From contig CAWCAG010000005.1 of assembly GCA_963793425.1 (NCBI GenBank), positions 1,568,001-1,632,000 on the forward strand: a stretch of DNA of 64,000 bases, in the 5' to 3' direction. Shown here piece by piece: positions 1 through 14,398 of this stretch. Each line of letters opens with the position of its first letter. The stretch's first letter is position 1. The position numbers and the translations under genes were made by a program. Source of the stretch: an uncultured cyanobacterium (GTDB lineage Bacteria > Cyanobacteriota > Cyanobacteriia > Cyanobacteriales > CAWCAG01). The notes beneath the pieces were generated by a model. It made no database searches. It was not told the DNA's origin and saw only the letters and a program-made list of their open reading frames with translations.

Positions 1-19
1 GATAACTAAAAATATTGCT

Positions 20-1021
20 ATGAATTGGCCCCTCGTTTCTATTGTTATACCCACCTATGGCAGAGAAGAGCCTTTAAGGGATACTTTAAAAGATGTATTG
101 AAGCAAGATTATCCTAATTTTGAAATTTTAGTTGTAGATCAAACTCCTAGCCATGAGCCAGAAACCCAGCAGGTTTTGGCTGAGTTATCTACTGGGGGTA
201 AAATTAATTTATTTAAAGTTGACTGGGCGAGTTTACCGGGGGCCAGAAATTACGCTGTGCGTCGGGCAAAAGGAGAAATTATTATCTTCATTGATGATGA
301 TGTGCAGATGCCAGAAGGTTATATCAAAGCCCATGCTAAAAACTATAGTAACCCTGAAATTGGTGCTGTAGCAGGGCGGGTTTTTGATCGTATGAAGCTA
401 GCTGATTATCAGAAGTTTGCTAACGAAGGGGATGCTTATGAAATTGAAGACTTGCCCCCAGAAGCAATGGATGCTGGTATCGCTTGGTATCACATCGACT
501 TGGTACATACAACTAAGCCTCAACGGGTAATTTCCACCAGGGGCTGCAATATGTCTTTTCGTCGGGAAATTTTTACTAAACATGGTGTTTGGTTTGATGA
601 ACGCTTCCGGGGTTCAGCAGTACGGGAAGAGTCTGATTTTTGTTTGAGGATTAGGAAAACTGGCTACCAAATTTGGTACGATCCTGAAGCTGATTTAGTC
701 CATTTAGGGGAAGAAACGGGGGGCTGCCATGATATTAGTACGCGATCGCTTAAATATCAGTTTACGTTTTACCACAACCATTTTTTAATGGCCCAAAAGA
801 ATTTAACACCGGGGCAACAATTACGTTTGTACAGCAAGTTGTTTGATTGTCACGTTTTAGGTAATCCTCCTTGCAACAAAAGTGGTTCCCCTTTAAAGGT
901 TGCTAGTCGGGGTTTATTCTATACTTTAGGCTTTTTTGATGCTTTGAATACTCGCATTAAATCTGCTTGGGATGATGGGCAGATTTATAGTCGCCAGGAT
1001 AAGAATACAAGTAATAAGTAA
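20..1021 (+). CDS. hpsN: GT2 glycosyltransferase, hormogonium polysaccharide biosynthesis protein HpsN-like
   Basis: GT-A fold (SIVIPTY, FIDDD, GCNMSFRR, REESDF); directly upstream of an HpsO-like gene as in cyanobacterial hps loci. Confidence 0.8.
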   Translation: MNWPLVSIVIPTYGREEPLRDTLKDVLKQDYPNFEILVVDQTPSHEPETQQVLAELSTGGKINLFKVDWASLPGARNYAVRRAKGEIIIFIDDDVQMPEGYIKAHAKNYSNPEIGAVAGRVFDRMKLADYQKFANEGDAYEIEDLPPEAMDAGIAWYHIDLVHTTKPQRVISTRGCNMSFRREIFTKHGVWFDERFRGSAVREESDFCLRIRKTGYQIWYDPEADLVHLGEETGGCHDISTRSLKYQFTFYHNHFLMAQKNLTPGQQLRLYSKLFDCHVLGNPPCNKSGSPLKVASRGLFYTLGFFDALNTRIKSAWDDGQIYSRQDKNTSNK

Positions 1022-1040
1022 TAAGTAATAAGTAATAAGT
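1009..1040. repeat. Heptamer tandem repeat (AAGTAAT)x4.5, STRR-like
   Basis: Directly visible, overlaps the hpsN stop codon. Confidence 0.85.
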
Positions 1041-1115
1041 TTTGAAGAGACTGTTTATTCTTCGGTCTTACTTGTTAGCGATTAGCCATTAGCCATTAGC
1101 AAATAACAATTATCA

Positions 1116-2288
1116 ATGAAAATACTCGTTGCTAGCCATAGTTATATTGTTGACCTTAACTGTGAAAAGTTGAGAAAATTAGCTCATTTACAACCAAATG
1201 TTGAAGTTACAGCAGTAGTACCCAAACGCTGGAAACCGGGGGGAGTACAGAATAAAATCATTGAAACTAAATATTGGCAAGATGGTAATTTTCGGGTTGT
1301 ACCAGTTGCTAACTTTAGTGAAAATAATCAGGCATTACTAACTTTTGGTATCGATATAGTTAAATTGTTGCGGGAATTCAAGCCTGATATTATTCAAGTA
1401 GAACAGGGAGCAAAGGCTTTAGGTTATGCTCAATTAATTACTTTAAATAAGTTATTAGGTTTAAAAGCGAAAAATTGCTTTTTCACTTGGTGGAATTTAC
1501 CTTATCAAGCTAAGTTTCCTATTTCTGTTCTCGAATCTTACAATCTCAACAACACCGATGGGTTGATTTCTGGCAATCAAGATGGTGTAGATATTTTACG
1601 AGAACATGGCTATCAAGGCGCTGTTAAAGTAATGCCTCAATTGGGAGTAGATGAGAGTTTATTTAAACCTCAAGCTCAACCAGAATTAGCAGCTAAATTA
1701 GGCATTGAATCAGAAGAGTTTGTTATTGGTTTCGTGGGTAGGTTTGTTCAGGAAAAAGGCATTTTAACCTTAATTAAAGCTTTATCTAAATTGAAAGAAA
1801 AAAGCTGGAAACTGTTACTATTAGGTAGAGGGGAATTAAAAGAAACTTTACAAGAAAAAGCGGCGATCGCCGGAATTAAAGAACGATTAATTATGGTAGA
1901 AAGTGTCCCTCATGATGCAGTTCCTTACTATATTAATCTTATGAATACTTTAGTTTTACCCTCAGAAACCACCTATGAATTTAAAACCTTAACTGCGGCA
2001 GGTTGGAAAGAACAATTCGGTCATGTTCTCATTGAAGCAATGGCTTGTCGAGTACCTGTAGTTGGTTCTGATTCAGGAGAAATTCCTCATGTAATTGGTG
2101 AGGTGGGTTTGGTGTTTCCAGAAGGAAATGCCGAGGCTTTAAGCAAGGCTTTGTTATCTTTAATAGAAGACTCAAATTTGACGCACAAGCTAGCTAACAA
2201 AGGTTATGAAAAGGCAATGAAACAATATACTAACCAAGCTTTAGCTAAGCAACAATTACAATTTTATCAGAATTTATTAGCTAGCTAA
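1116..2288 (+). CDS. hpsO: GT4 glycosyltransferase, HpsO-like
   Basis: MKILVASHSYIVDLNCEKL N-terminus, GFVGRF and EQFGHVLIEAMA GT-B motifs. Confidence 0.8.
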   Translation: MKILVASHSYIVDLNCEKLRKLAHLQPNVEVTAVVPKRWKPGGVQNKIIETKYWQDGNFRVVPVANFSENNQALLTFGIDIVKLLREFKPDIIQVEQGAKALGYAQLITLNKLLGLKAKNCFFTWWNLPYQAKFPISVLESYNLNNTDGLISGNQDGVDILREHGYQGAVKVMPQLGVDESLFKPQAQPELAAKLGIESEEFVIGFVGRFVQEKGILTLIKALSKLKEKSWKLLLLGRGELKETLQEKAAIAGIKERLIMVESVPHDAVPYYINLMNTLVLPSETTYEFKTLTAAGWKEQFGHVLIEAMACRVPVVGSDSGEIPHVIGEVGLVFPEGNAEALSKALLSLIEDSNLTHKLANKGYEKAMKQYTNQALAKQQLQFYQNLLAS

Positions 2289-2340
2289 TATCGTTGATCC
2301 GACAAATATTTGATGATTTATTCTTTTTTAGGCGCACAAA

Positions 2341-3273
2341 ATGCAAACAGTTAACTTAGGAAAACATGGTCCTGCCGTCACTGCTTTAGGGATTGGTACT
2401 TGGTCTTGGGGAGACAAGTTATTTTGGAACTATGGTAGCGATTATGGCCCTTCCCAGGTTAAAGAAGCTTTTGAGGCAGCGATCGCAGCGGGAATTACTT
2501 TTTTTGATACGGCTGAGGTTTATGGTATCGGTAAGTCAGAATCCTTGTTAGGAGAGTTTACGGGGCAACAACAAGGTTCCATTGATATTGCCACAAAATA
2601 TGGCCCTTTGCCCTGGCGTTTGACAGGGGATTCTGTAGCTGAGGCCCTAAGTAATAGTTTAGAACGTTTACAATTAAAACAAGTCACTCTTTACCAGGTT
2701 CACTGGCCTTTCAGCTTTTTTATGACCCAAGAAACCTTAATGAATGCTTTAGCTGATGAGGTGAAAAAAGGTCGTATTTTAACAGTAGGAGTGAGTAATT
2801 ATTCAGCAGAAGAAATGTGCCAAGCCTCTGATATTTTGGCTAAAAGAGGTGTTCCTTTAGCAGTTAATCAGATGCAATATTCTTTGTTACATCGTAACAT
2901 TGAAAGCAATGGTGTTCTGCAAACAGCAAAAGATTTAGGCATAACAATTCTTGCTTACAGTCCTTTGGCACAAGGTTTACTCACAGGCAAATATGATCCA
3001 GCTAACCCTCAAACTCCTGAAGGTGCAAGACGTTTTGATTCTCGTTTTAGCAAAGGCGGTTTAGCAAAGATTGCTCCAGTTTTAAATGCTTTAAAAGAGT
3101 TGGGAGCAAAGTATAATAAAACTTGCGCTCAAGTAGCCCTAAATTGGTTAATAAATCAAGGTGATGTTATTCCTATTCCTGGAGCGAAGAATGCTCAACA
3201 AGCTACTCAAAATGCAGGTGCTTTAGGTTGGAGTTTGGAAGCGGGAGAAGTAGCTTATTTAAGTAATAAATAG
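2341..3273 (+). CDS. Aldo/keto reductase
   Basis: LGIGTWSWG, FFDTAEVYG, IATK, YQVHWP, GVSNY, AYSPLAQG, IPIPGAK motifs. Confidence 0.93.
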   Translation: MQTVNLGKHGPAVTALGIGTWSWGDKLFWNYGSDYGPSQVKEAFEAAIAAGITFFDTAEVYGIGKSESLLGEFTGQQQGSIDIATKYGPLPWRLTGDSVAEALSNSLERLQLKQVTLYQVHWPFSFFMTQETLMNALADEVKKGRILTVGVSNYSAEEMCQASDILAKRGVPLAVNQMQYSLLHRNIESNGVLQTAKDLGITILAYSPLAQGLLTGKYDPANPQTPEGARRFDSRFSKGGLAKIAPVLNALKELGAKYNKTCAQVALNWLINQGDVIPIPGAKNAQQATQNAGALGWSLEAGEVAYLSNK

Positions 3274-3311
3274 CTAGTTGCTAGTTGCTAGTTGCTAGTT
3301 GCTAGTTGCTA
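3273..3311. repeat. Heptamer tandem repeat (GCTAGTT)x5.5, STRR-like
   Basis: Directly visible after the aldo/keto reductase stop; same unit at 16141 and about 42200. Confidence 0.9.
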
Positions 3312-3352
3312 ATAGTTGTCACTTAGTCACCCCGTCTCTTTATCTGTTTAAG

Positions 3353-3380
3353 AAAAAGCGCCTGAAACAATTCAGACGCT
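3353..3380 (-). terminator. Intrinsic terminator of the atp operon
   Basis: AGCG(T/C)CTGAA stem followed by a U-tract on the minus strand, about 25 nt after the gamma-subunit stop. Confidence 0.65.
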
Positions 3381-3404
3381 CTACTTATACAAACGTTATG
3401 TTAG

Positions 3405-4352
3405 TTAACCAGCCGACTCTGCACCGGCAACAACTTCCAGAATTTCTTGAGTAATCGCTGCTTGCCTTGCCTTGTTGTAGGACAAAGTAAGAGTACTCAC
3501 TAATTCAGTGGCATTCTCGCTAGCACTATTCATCGCTGTCATTCGTGCTGCTAACTCGCTGGCTGCAGACTCTTGTAAAGCACGAAGCAACTGATTGTTC
3601 AAATATAGCGGCAGAAGAGCATTAAGGATTTGCGCTGGATCTTGCTCAAAAATCATATCCCTAGGAAAGCTACGCATTTGAGACGTAACTTTTTCCCGTT
3701 CAACCTCAAAATCTCCACCACTGGTAGTTAGGCGAAAGATTTCATCGTCTTTAGGCTCCAATCCTTGGGGAGTTAAAGGTAGAAGGGTTTGTACCACGGG
3801 TCGAGAACTGATCAGAGAAACAAACTTAGTGTAAATCAACTCTACCCGATCTACTTCCTCAGAAAGAAATAAAGAAAGTAGTTGGTCGGCAATTTGGGAT
3901 GCTTCAGAAGCAGAAGGAATTTGCTCTAAGCCAGTGTAAGTACCATCAATGGGTGCTTTACGTCGCTCAAAGTATTGGGTGGCTTTACGCCCGACTAGGA
4001 CGTATTTATAAGCAACCCCTTCTGCTTCTAGTTCCTTGGCTCTGGTTTCAGCTTTTTTGATGACGTTACTGTTATAGCCACCGCATAAACCGCGATCGCC
4101 AGATACGACCAACAGTCCTACGGAGTCAACTTCCCTTTGCTTTAATAAAGGCAAGTCAACATCTTCAAATTTAAGCCGATTTTGCAAACCGTAAAGCACT
4201 TGAGCCAAACGGTCAGCAAAAGGACGAGTGGAGTTAACCTGCTCTTGAGCGCGGCGCACTTTAGCTGCTGCGACAAGACGCATCGCTTCGGTGATTTTTT
4301 TGGTATTTTTGACCGTCTGAATGCGATCGCGAATAGTTTTCAGATTAGGCAT
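3405..4352 (-). CDS. atpG: F0F1 ATP synthase gamma subunit (cyanobacterial atpC)
   Basis: [35 protein letters not shown]. Confidence 0.99.
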   Translation of the reverse strand: MPNLKTIRDRIQTVKNTKKITEAMRLVAAAKVRRAQEQVNSTRPFADRLAQVLYGLQNRLKFEDVDLPLLKQREVDSVGLLVVSGDRGLCGGYNSNVIKKAETRAKELEAEGVAYKYVLVGRKATQYFERRKAPIDGTYTGLEQIPSASEASQIADQLLSLFLSEEVDRVELIYTKFVSLISSRPVVQTLLPLTPQGLEPKDDEIFRLTTSGGDFEVEREKVTSQMRSFPRDMIFEQDPAQILNALLPLYLNNQLLRALQESAASELAARMTAMNSASENATELVSTLTLSYNKARQAAITQEILEVVAGAESAG

Positions 4353-4398
4353 TGGTCATTGGTCACTTGTCATTGGTCATTTTTTCTGAGGGAAAAAG

Positions 4399-5919
4399 TT
4401 AAGCAGCAGCCAAGAAGGTTTGCTTATACTCTAAGATTGCTTCTTTAAGAAGACTTTCTGCTTCATCAGTCAATTTCTTCTCTGAAGCAATAATCTCAGT
4501 ATATTTGCCCTTGCTATTATTCAAATAATCTCGCATACCCTGAGCAAAGTTAGGGACTTTCTCCGGTTCAATATCATCAAGATAGCCATTTAAACCAGCG
4601 TAAACTACAGCCACCTGTTCTGCGACAGAAAGCGGATCATATTGGGGTTGTTTGAGGACTTGGCGCAGACGCTCTCCCCTAGCTAATTGTTGTTGGGTAG
4701 CTTCGTCAAGGTCAGAGGCAAATTGGGAGAAGGCTTCTAATTCAGCAAATTGAGCTAATTCTAACTTTAATTTACCAGCTACTTGCTTCATCGCTTTGGT
4801 TTGAGCGGCTGAACCAACCCTAGATACAGAAATACCCGCGTTAATAGCCGGACGGAAACCAGCGTTAAATAAATCCGAAGAGAGGAAGATTTGCCCGTCG
4901 GTAATAGAAATTACGTTGGTGGGAATGTAAGCGGAAACGTCCCCAGCTTGGGTTTCAATGATAGGCAGTGCTGTCATGCTACCTTCTCCTAACTCGTTAC
5001 TGAGCTTCGCTGCTCTTTCTAGTAAGCGAGAGTGGAGGTAAAATACATCCCCTGGGTAAGCTTCCCTTCCTGGTGGGCGACGTAGTAACAAAGACATCTG
5101 GCGGTAAGCTTGGGCTTGTTTAGAAAGGTCATCATAAACAACCAAAGTTGCCTTACCGTTGTACATAAAGTACTCAGCAATAGCGGCTCCGGTGTAGGGG
5201 GCTAGGTATTGTAGAGTTGCCGGATCGTTGGCATTTGCTGCCACAACCACGGTATAATCTAAAGCCCCTCTTTCTTCCAGCACCCCAGCTACTTGAGCTA
5301 CGGTAGAAGCTTTTTGACCAATAGCTACATAAACACAAATAACATCTTCTCCTTTTTGGTTGAGAATTGTGTCTACTGCTACTGCTGTTTTACCTGTTTG
5401 TCTGTCACCAATAATTAATTCTCGCTGTCCTCTACCAACAGGAATCATCGCGTCGATGGCGGTAATGCCTGTTTGCATTGGTTCGTAGACAGAACGACGT
5501 TCAATAATACCAGGAGCAGAGGATTCAATCAGGCGACTATCGGTAGCATTGATATCTCCTTTGCCATCAAGGGGGCGAGCTAAAGAATCAACTACCCGAC
5601 CAATTATGGCTTCTCCTACAGGAATTTGGGCAATTTTCCCGGTCGCTTTAACAGAGCTACCTTCTTGAATGTCGCGACCATTACCCATTAATACTGCGCC
5701 GACATTATCTTCTTCTAAGTTAAGAGCAATGCCGATAGTACCATCTTCAAATTCAAGTAATTCCCCTGCCATCGCTTTTTCTAAGCCATAGATACGGGCA
5801 ATACCATCACCAATTTGTAGAACTGTTCCTACATTGGCAACTTGAACTTCTTGGTCATAGCCTTCAATTTGTTGGCGAATAATATTACTAATTTCGTCTG
5901 GTCTAATGCTGGCAACCAT
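4399..5919 (-). CDS. atpA: F0F1 ATP synthase alpha subunit
   Basis: GDRQTGKT Walker [22 protein letters not shown]. Confidence 0.99.
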   Translation of the reverse strand: MVASIRPDEISNIIRQQIEGYDQEVQVANVGTVLQIGDGIARIYGLEKAMAGELLEFEDGTIGIALNLEEDNVGAVLMGNGRDIQEGSSVKATGKIAQIPVGEAIIGRVVDSLARPLDGKGDINATDSRLIESSAPGIIERRSVYEPMQTGITAIDAMIPVGRGQRELIIGDRQTGKTAVAVDTILNQKGEDVICVYVAIGQKASTVAQVAGVLEERGALDYTVVVAANANDPATLQYLAPYTGAAIAEYFMYNGKATLVVYDDLSKQAQAYRQMSLLLRRPPGREAYPGDVFYLHSRLLERAAKLSNELGEGSMTALPIIETQAGDVSAYIPTNVISITDGQIFLSSDLFNAGFRPAINAGISVSRVGSAAQTKAMKQVAGKLKLELAQFAELEAFSQFASDLDEATQQQLARGERLRQVLKQPQYDPLSVAEQVAVVYAGLNGYLDDIEPEKVPNFAQGMRDYLNNSKGKYTEIIASEKKLTDEAESLLKEAILEYKQTFLAAA

Positions 5920-5989
5920 TTTTTTAGTTAATAACTTACTTGTTTGTGGTTAATTTATTTGTCATTGCTCTTGAGGAGACAATAACGAT

Positions 5990-6547
5990 TTAGTTAGGAC
6001 TAGTTAAGCGCATACTAATACGACGCAACTGCCCTCGAAGACTGGCATCAAGAACTTGGGAACCCACTTTAATAATTACCCCACCAATTAAGCTAGGGTC
6101 AATTTCCGTTTGTAGTTCTACAGAATCAGCACTAGTCATATTTTTAACTTTGTCAGTGACAGCATTTTTTTGCTCTTCGTTTAATTCCGCCGCCGAGGTT
6201 ACTGTAGCTAAGACAGTTCCTTTAAGCTGGCGTAATTTTTCTAAGTATTGCTGACAAATCTCTTCTAAAAAGACGATGCGTTTACGGTCTATAAGCAGCA
6301 TCAAAAAGCTTTTGAGGTAGTTGTTAGTATCTTCCCCCAAAACTTGATTTAAGACCGCTTTTTTATTATCTTCTTTAACAACCGGATTGCTTAAAAACCC
6401 ATTTAATTCTGATGATTCTTTAAGTAAGTTTTCTAAAGCTTTAATATCTTCCCCTAAGCTATCGACAAGATCATTATCTTTGGCTAGGGCCATCAAAGCT
6501 TCTGCATAAGGCTCAACAATTTTAGAGCTTAGTAAGCTGTTTTTCAT
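5990..6547 (-). CDS. atpH: F0F1 ATP synthase delta subunit (cyanobacterial atpD)
   Basis: PYAEAL, IDPSLIGGVIIKVGSQVLDASLRGQL; operon position. Confidence 0.97.
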   Translation of the reverse strand: MKNSLLSSKIVEPYAEALMALAKDNDLVDSLGEDIKALENLLKESSELNGFLSNPVVKEDNKKAVLNQVLGEDTNNYLKSFLMLLIDRKRIVFLEEICQQYLEKLRQLKGTVLATVTSAAELNEEQKNAVTDKVKNMTSADSVELQTEIDPSLIGGVIIKVGSQVLDASLRGQLRRISMRLTSPN

Positions 6548-7098
6548 TAACTACCTCCTAGTTGAGCAATGCTACGGTCAATTAGTTTATGCTGGAGAGA
6601 ATCGTCATCGAGACGTTCTCTTAACTGTGACTCAACTCGCTCAACGGCTAAAGCAGCAACTTGCTGTTTTAACTGATCAATTGCCTTATCTCTTTCTGTG
6701 TTGACATCTTGAATCGCACCTTCTTTAATGCGCTCTACATCAACTTTAGCCTGAGCTAAGATACTTTCCTTGGCTTTTTTTGCACTTTCCTCTGCTGCTG
6801 CTTTAATGCGCTCTACTTCTGCTTGAGCCTGAGCTAATTTCTGCTGAGCATCAGCTAAAGCTGCGGCTGCTTCCTTGGCTTTGGTTTCTGCTTCAGTGAT
6901 TTCCGACTCTATTTCTGAGCGTCTTTCACTGAGAATGTTGCCTAAGAATTTACGACCAAAGAAATATAATACCCCGATAATAATTGCGAGGTTGAGCAAG
7001 TTAGTCTCTAAAATATCGAAATTCAGACCAAAGCTTTCTTCTGAGGCGACTTCTGCCGCCGCAGTAGCTAGGTATGAAAAATTCCCCATAATACCCAT
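6547..7098 (-). CDS. atpF: F0F1 ATP synthase subunit b
   Basis: FGLNFDILETNLLNLAI plus coiled coil; operon position. Confidence 0.97.
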   Translation of the reverse strand: MGIMGNFSYLATAAAEVASEESFGLNFDILETNLLNLAIIIGVLYFFGRKFLGNILSERRSEIESEITEAETKAKEAAAALADAQQKLAQAQAEVERIKAAAEESAKKAKESILAQAKVDVERIKEGAIQDVNTERDKAIDQLKQQVAALAVERVESQLRERLDDDSLQHKLIDRSIAQLGGS

Positions 7099-7158
7099 CT
7101 ACCCCTGCACTTGTGATTACTTTAATAAATTTAGGTCTGTGTTAGCTAAGCCAATTGA

Positions 7159-7650
7159 CTAACTAACTAATTCAGGTGTTAACAGCTTTTCTAAGATTTG
7201 GCGACTTAAAGCGTCTACATCTTGTTCTAGGGTTTGCAATGCCTCTGCTTTTTGAGCTTGAATCTCTTGAGCAGCTTGTTCCCTTTCAGCTTGCACTGCC
7301 TGCTGTGCCTCTTGAATTTGTTTTGCCGCTACTTTTTGAGCCTCTTCTTGAGTAGAGGCAATATTTTCTTGAGATTTGCGACGCACGTCTCTTAACTCTT
7401 GCTCATACTGTTGAGTGAGAGTTTTGATTTTTCCTTGTCGCTCTCCTGCCTCTGATAATTTTTTGCGTATATAATCAGCCCGGCTATCAATTGCTTGCCC
7501 TAAAGGTTTATAAAAAACGACATTGAGCAAGGCTACTAAAATTAGGAACTGTACTGCCATGAGAGGTAAAGTGGCATCAAAATCAAAAAGCCCCCCTTCC
7601 GCCGTTGTTTCAACGGCTTCAGCAGCCAGTAAAGTTGTCCAATATATCAT
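7159..7650 (-). CDS. atpF2: F0F1 ATP synthase subunit b' (cyanobacterial atpG)
   Basis: [17 protein letters not shown] motif; operon position. Confidence 0.96.
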   Translation of the reverse strand: MIYWTTLLAAEAVETTAEGGLFDFDATLPLMAVQFLILVALLNVVFYKPLGQAIDSRADYIRKKLSEAGERQGKIKTLTQQYEQELRDVRRKSQENIASTQEEAQKVAAKQIQEAQQAVQAEREQAAQEIQAQKAEALQTLEQDVDALSRQILEKLLTPELVS

Positions 7651-7683
7651 TATCCCTTAGTTTTTGCTTCAAGCTGTATAATA

Positions 7684-7738
7684 AGCGGTCACTTGATTTG
7701 CTAGTGAGTTGATATATCTCTGAAATCAAATGACCGCT
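7684..7738 (-). promoter_or_regulatory. Long stem-loop just 3' of the subunit c gene
   Basis: AGCGGTCATTTGATTT...AAATCAAGTGACCGCT, 16-bp arms with one G-U pair. Confidence 0.6.
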
Positions 7739-7748
7739 GAGTAACGAT

Positions 7749-8009
<261 letters not shown>

Positions 8010-8106
8010 TTAATGAACTAAAACAATGAGTAAATCTCTGGAAATTTTTACTTCAATGAGTAAAATCACCAAGATTATGAGAATAAAGATTTAACGGAGA
8101 AACTAC

Positions 8107-8862
8107 CTAATCGTGTTCCTCTCCCCCATGGCCTTCCATTGCTTCTCCAATGTAAGCAGCAGCGAGGGTGGCGAAAATCAGTGCTTGAATGGCACTAGTA
8201 AATAGTCCTAAAGCCATTACTGGTAAAGGAATAAATAAAGGTACTAAGAGTACTAAAACTGCTACTACTAGCTCGTCTGCGAGGATGTTACCAAACAGAC
8301 GGAAACTTAAAGATAAAGGCTTAGTAAAATCTTCCAAAATATTAATTGGCAACAGTATTGGCGTTGGCTCAATATATTTGGCGAGATAACCCAAACCTCG
8401 CTTTTTAAAACCAGCGTAGAAATAAGCTAAAGAAGTAAGTAGAGCTAAGGCTACAGTGGTGTTGATGTCGTTGGTAGGAGCAGCTAATTCCCCTCCTGGT
8501 AGCTCAATTAGTTTCCAAGGTACTAAGGCCCCTAACCAGTTGGCTACAAAAATAAATAAGAATAAAGTTCCTACGAACGGAACCCAAGGGCGATACTCTT
8601 TTTCGCCAATCTGGTTTTTAGCCAGATCCCGCAGAAATTCCAAAGCATATTCCATAAAGTTTTGGAAACCTTGAGGGATTCTTTGGATATTCCTTGTGGC
8701 AGCCAATGAAGCAATTAATAGGAGGCCAATTACAATCCAGGAGGTGAGAAATACCTGACCGTGGACTTTTAAATTGCCGATTTCCCAATAAAAATGCTTG
8801 CCGACTTCTAATTCAGCGAGGGGGAAAGAATTGAGAATACTCCAACTATCTAAAATTTGCAT
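8107..8862 (-). CDS. atpB: F0F1 ATP synthase subunit a (cyanobacterial atpI)
   Basis: [30 protein letters not shown]. Confidence 0.99.
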   Translation of the reverse strand: MQILDSWSILNSFPLAELEVGKHFYWEIGNLKVHGQVFLTSWIVIGLLLIASLAATRNIQRIPQGFQNFMEYALEFLRDLAKNQIGEKEYRPWVPFVGTLFLFIFVANWLGALVPWKLIELPGGELAAPTNDINTTVALALLTSLAYFYAGFKKRGLGYLAKYIEPTPILLPINILEDFTKPLSLSFRLFGNILADELVVAVLVLLVPLFIPLPVMALGLFTSAIQALIFATLAAAYIGEAMEGHGGEEHD

Positions 8863-8952
8863 TCTTGTGAACTTGTTTCCCCAGATATCAAAACGTTTGT
8901 ATCAAGGATTTCTTTAGTAACCGCATGATTAAGCTTTATAAGCAACTGCTTT

Positions 8953-9375
8953 TTACTTCTGCTCTGGCAAAAGTGTTGTTTGCAGTACATAGGCGATAAT
9001 TGCGGCTTTATAGGTCATAAATCCAAGAAAGATGGGTAGAACCTGTAGTTGTTGCCACTGGGTAGCAACGACGATTAGCCCAATGAAAAGCGCTATTCGG
9101 CTAGAACCAAGACGCTGTGAGCCTCCTGATCCTATTCTCTCAACTTTTTTGCCCAATAGCCTTAAATAAACTACCCCGACACAAGCTCCAATTAAGTAAT
9201 TTAGAGCGATGTTTAAGGAGTAAAAGTACCAGACAAATAAGCAAATAATTCCGGTAAAACCTAGAGTTATTAGCAGTAATGTCTGTAGCAGTCGATAATA
9301 CTCTCGCATGGAATTTGCTGAGATATCATCTTCTGGGGCTGAGTTTGTTTCGAGAGTTTGATTAGACGGATTCAC
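8953..9375 (-). CDS. atp1: ATP synthase protein I (Atp1)
   Basis: Small four-TM protein at the operon head; NSMREYY and FLGFMTYKAA motifs; GTG start. Confidence 0.9.
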   Translation of the reverse strand: MNPSNQTLETNSAPEDDISANSMREYYRLLQTLLLITLGFTGIICLFVWYFYSLNIALNYLIGACVGVVYLRLLGKKVERIGSGGSQRLGSSRIALFIGLIVVATQWQQLQVLPIFLGFMTYKAAIIAYVLQTTLLPEQK

Positions 9376-9509
9376 GCTCTATTTGCGCTTAGGCTAGTCC
9401 AGATTTTACGGCTCGATTAGAACACGAACCAGCAGCAATAATATCACGATATAGTGACAATTCTTAAATATTTGTGAAATAAAAGTTACGAGTTTAGGGG
9501 GGTTGCTAG

Positions 9510-10685
9510 TTAAATACCAAGAAGAACGAGTTGTCTTTTTTGAAGCGATCGCACTCCTTCTAAGCTTAGGGAGACTTGGCTTAAGATGTCTTCGACACTT
9601 TTATTTTCATCACAGCCTTGAAGAAATTCAAATTCCTCGGCTGATAATTGTGCCATTTGGTAGTTGTGGTTAAGGATGTTTTGGCTAGGCCAACCATTCA
9701 TACAGGGGTTTCTTTGGGGGATGACTGATTTGAGTAAAGAGTCATTAGACCAATCTACTTTTTCTAAGGGGGATTTAGCTAAGAAAAATTCGTAGTGAGT
9801 AATTTCGGGGTCTAACCTCTCAATCAATTGATAGCGCTCCATAGCACTTAATTTTTCTGCCCTAGCCATCAAATCAGGGGATTTCCCTAACAATCTCTCT
9901 AAGTCCCAATATTCAGGGTTAGAAAAGCCAACAAACTCTAAATCAGAAGCTTCGATCAATTCAAAAAGGTTTTCTAAGCGATAATCTGTTTCTTGGGGAT
10001 GAAGGTACATATCAGCAAAACATTCATCTTTGAAGTTTTCCATGGCCCAGCGTTCTTTTTCTCGCTGCACTAAACGATTATTTTCCGGCAGGTTGGCAAA
10101 AACTTCTCGCCCAACCTGAACTCCATCCTGATAATCTCCTTTTTTATTCCCTTGAAGCAAGGTGATCGCTTCTTGCATTAAGGTGATTTCCCAACGTCCT
10201 AACTCAGCGTAAACAAAGATATGTAACAAGCCGCCGGGGGCTAATTTTCGAGCGATCGCCGCAATACCTTTATGAGGGTCTGGCAGATGGTGTAAAACCC
10301 CCACGCAATTAATCAACTCAAATTCCCCTGGTAGTTGAGTCGCATCTTCAAGATTAAGCTGCTGAAATTCTACTCCTTTAGTTCCGGAACGACGACAGCG
10401 CTCTTTCGCCACAGCTAAAGCTCCTTCACTTAAGTCTATGGCAACTACCTCCGCTTCTGGATTGAGGTGAACCAGGTACTCCGTACCAACACCCGTACCG
10501 CAACCTGCATCTAAAATGCGAATTTTAGAATGATCAGGCTTACGTCCTGCACAAAAGTTATAGGCAGTTAACCACTTCCAGCGCCAGTTATAACCAGGAG
10601 GTGGTTCATCGATTAAAGGGTCAGGGGGAAAAGGATAAGTGTCGTAAAGTTTCTTAACCGCCTCGCGCTGAGTAGTTTCATTCAT
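9510..10685 (-). CDS. Class I SAM-dependent methyltransferase, conserved in cyanobacteria
   Basis: ILDAGCGTG, INCVGVLHHL, FADMYLHPQE. Confidence 0.9.
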   Translation of the reverse strand: MNETTQREAVKKLYDTYPFPPDPLIDEPPPGYNWRWKWLTAYNFCAGRKPDHSKIRILDAGCGTGVGTEYLVHLNPEAEVVAIDLSEGALAVAKERCRRSGTKGVEFQQLNLEDATQLPGEFELINCVGVLHHLPDPHKGIAAIARKLAPGGLLHIFVYAELGRWEITLMQEAITLLQGNKKGDYQDGVQVGREVFANLPENNRLVQREKERWAMENFKDECFADMYLHPQETDYRLENLFELIEASDLEFVGFSNPEYWDLERLLGKSPDLMARAEKLSAMERYQLIERLDPEITHYEFFLAKSPLEKVDWSNDSLLKSVIPQRNPCMNGWPSQNILNHNYQMAQLSAEEFEFLQGCDENKSVEDILSQVSLSLEGVRSLQKRQLVLLGI

Positions 10686-10929
10686 TGGTTAAATTAGATA
10701 GTGAAGAGTGGGCAGTAGAAAGTAGGGAGCTAGTAGTAAAAGTTTATTAAGTCTGAACCATATATTTTTAGCGATAAGTAATTTTTCTACCCAATAAACA
10801 ACATACTTCTTAACAAAGCCCCTCAGTAAGCACGAAAAGTTTTAATCTAAAAGCTGACTACAGTGCTGACTTAAACATTAAACATATCGTTTTTAGCAAA
10901 TTGTCCGGAGAATTTCTCTTCCTTCATAA

Positions 10930-13743
<2,814 letters not shown>

Positions 13744-13769
13744 TTTGTAATCTTTAAGCTTTGAATTAG

Positions 13770-13806
13770 AAATAGGGACGAAGTTTATTCTTCGTCCCTA
13801 TTTTTT
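13770..13806 (+). terminator. Intrinsic terminator of apcE
   Basis: AATAGGGACGAAG / CTTCGTCCCTATT perfect stem plus T-tract. Confidence 0.9.
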
Positions 13807-14218
13807 AAGGTAGAGGTGTTCCTGGTATTGCTATATATGATAAGTTTTAGTTGGGTTAAGCTAGCTTAGCTATTAAATATCTTGAATTTACATAACTTCA
13901 ACTTTACAAATGTCAAGCCCAAAAATTTGCTTTAAATGACGCATTTGTGTGGTTTTATGGGATAATTGAAAAAATCATACTAGTATTTTTGTGGTCAAAA
14001 ATAAAAGTAAAACGCTACAAGCTCGCTAAATCGTTGGTAAAGTCAATATTTACTCTCAAAATTTTATCTTTTTGAAGTGTATGAATGCACAAATTTTGAG
14101 AGGATTTTAAAAGTTTTTTTGACAAAAATGGCAACTTAATGTATGAAGTACCTTTTTCTTATAGTAGTTTGAAAGTTTCAGAAGAAGCAACAATAATCTC
14201 TATCGATTCTCAACTCAT

Positions 14219-14398
14219 CTAATCAACTACTTGTAAAATTCCATGACGTACACCGTAGAAAACTCTTTCAATTAAAGTTTTGTCTTCATCCGGCAGATTA
14301 TCTTCATGCAACAAAGAAGACATTAACTGCTTTTCGGGGAGGGAAATACGGCGAGAAGATAAAACTCTGGCAACTAATTCTTGGATATCAATTCTCAT
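14219..14398 (-). CDS. Small cyanobacterial hypothetical protein, 59 aa (not in the ORF track)
   Basis: Manual translation MRIDIQELVARVLSSRRISLPEKQLMSSLLHEDNLPDEDKTLIERVFYGVRHGILQVVD; resembles recalled small cyanobacterial proteins ending RVF-x-G-x-R-x-G-x-L-x-VVD. Confidence 0.7.
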   Translation of the reverse strand: MRIDIQELVARVLSSRRISLPEKQLMSSLLHEDNLPDEDKTLIERVFYGVRHGILQVVD

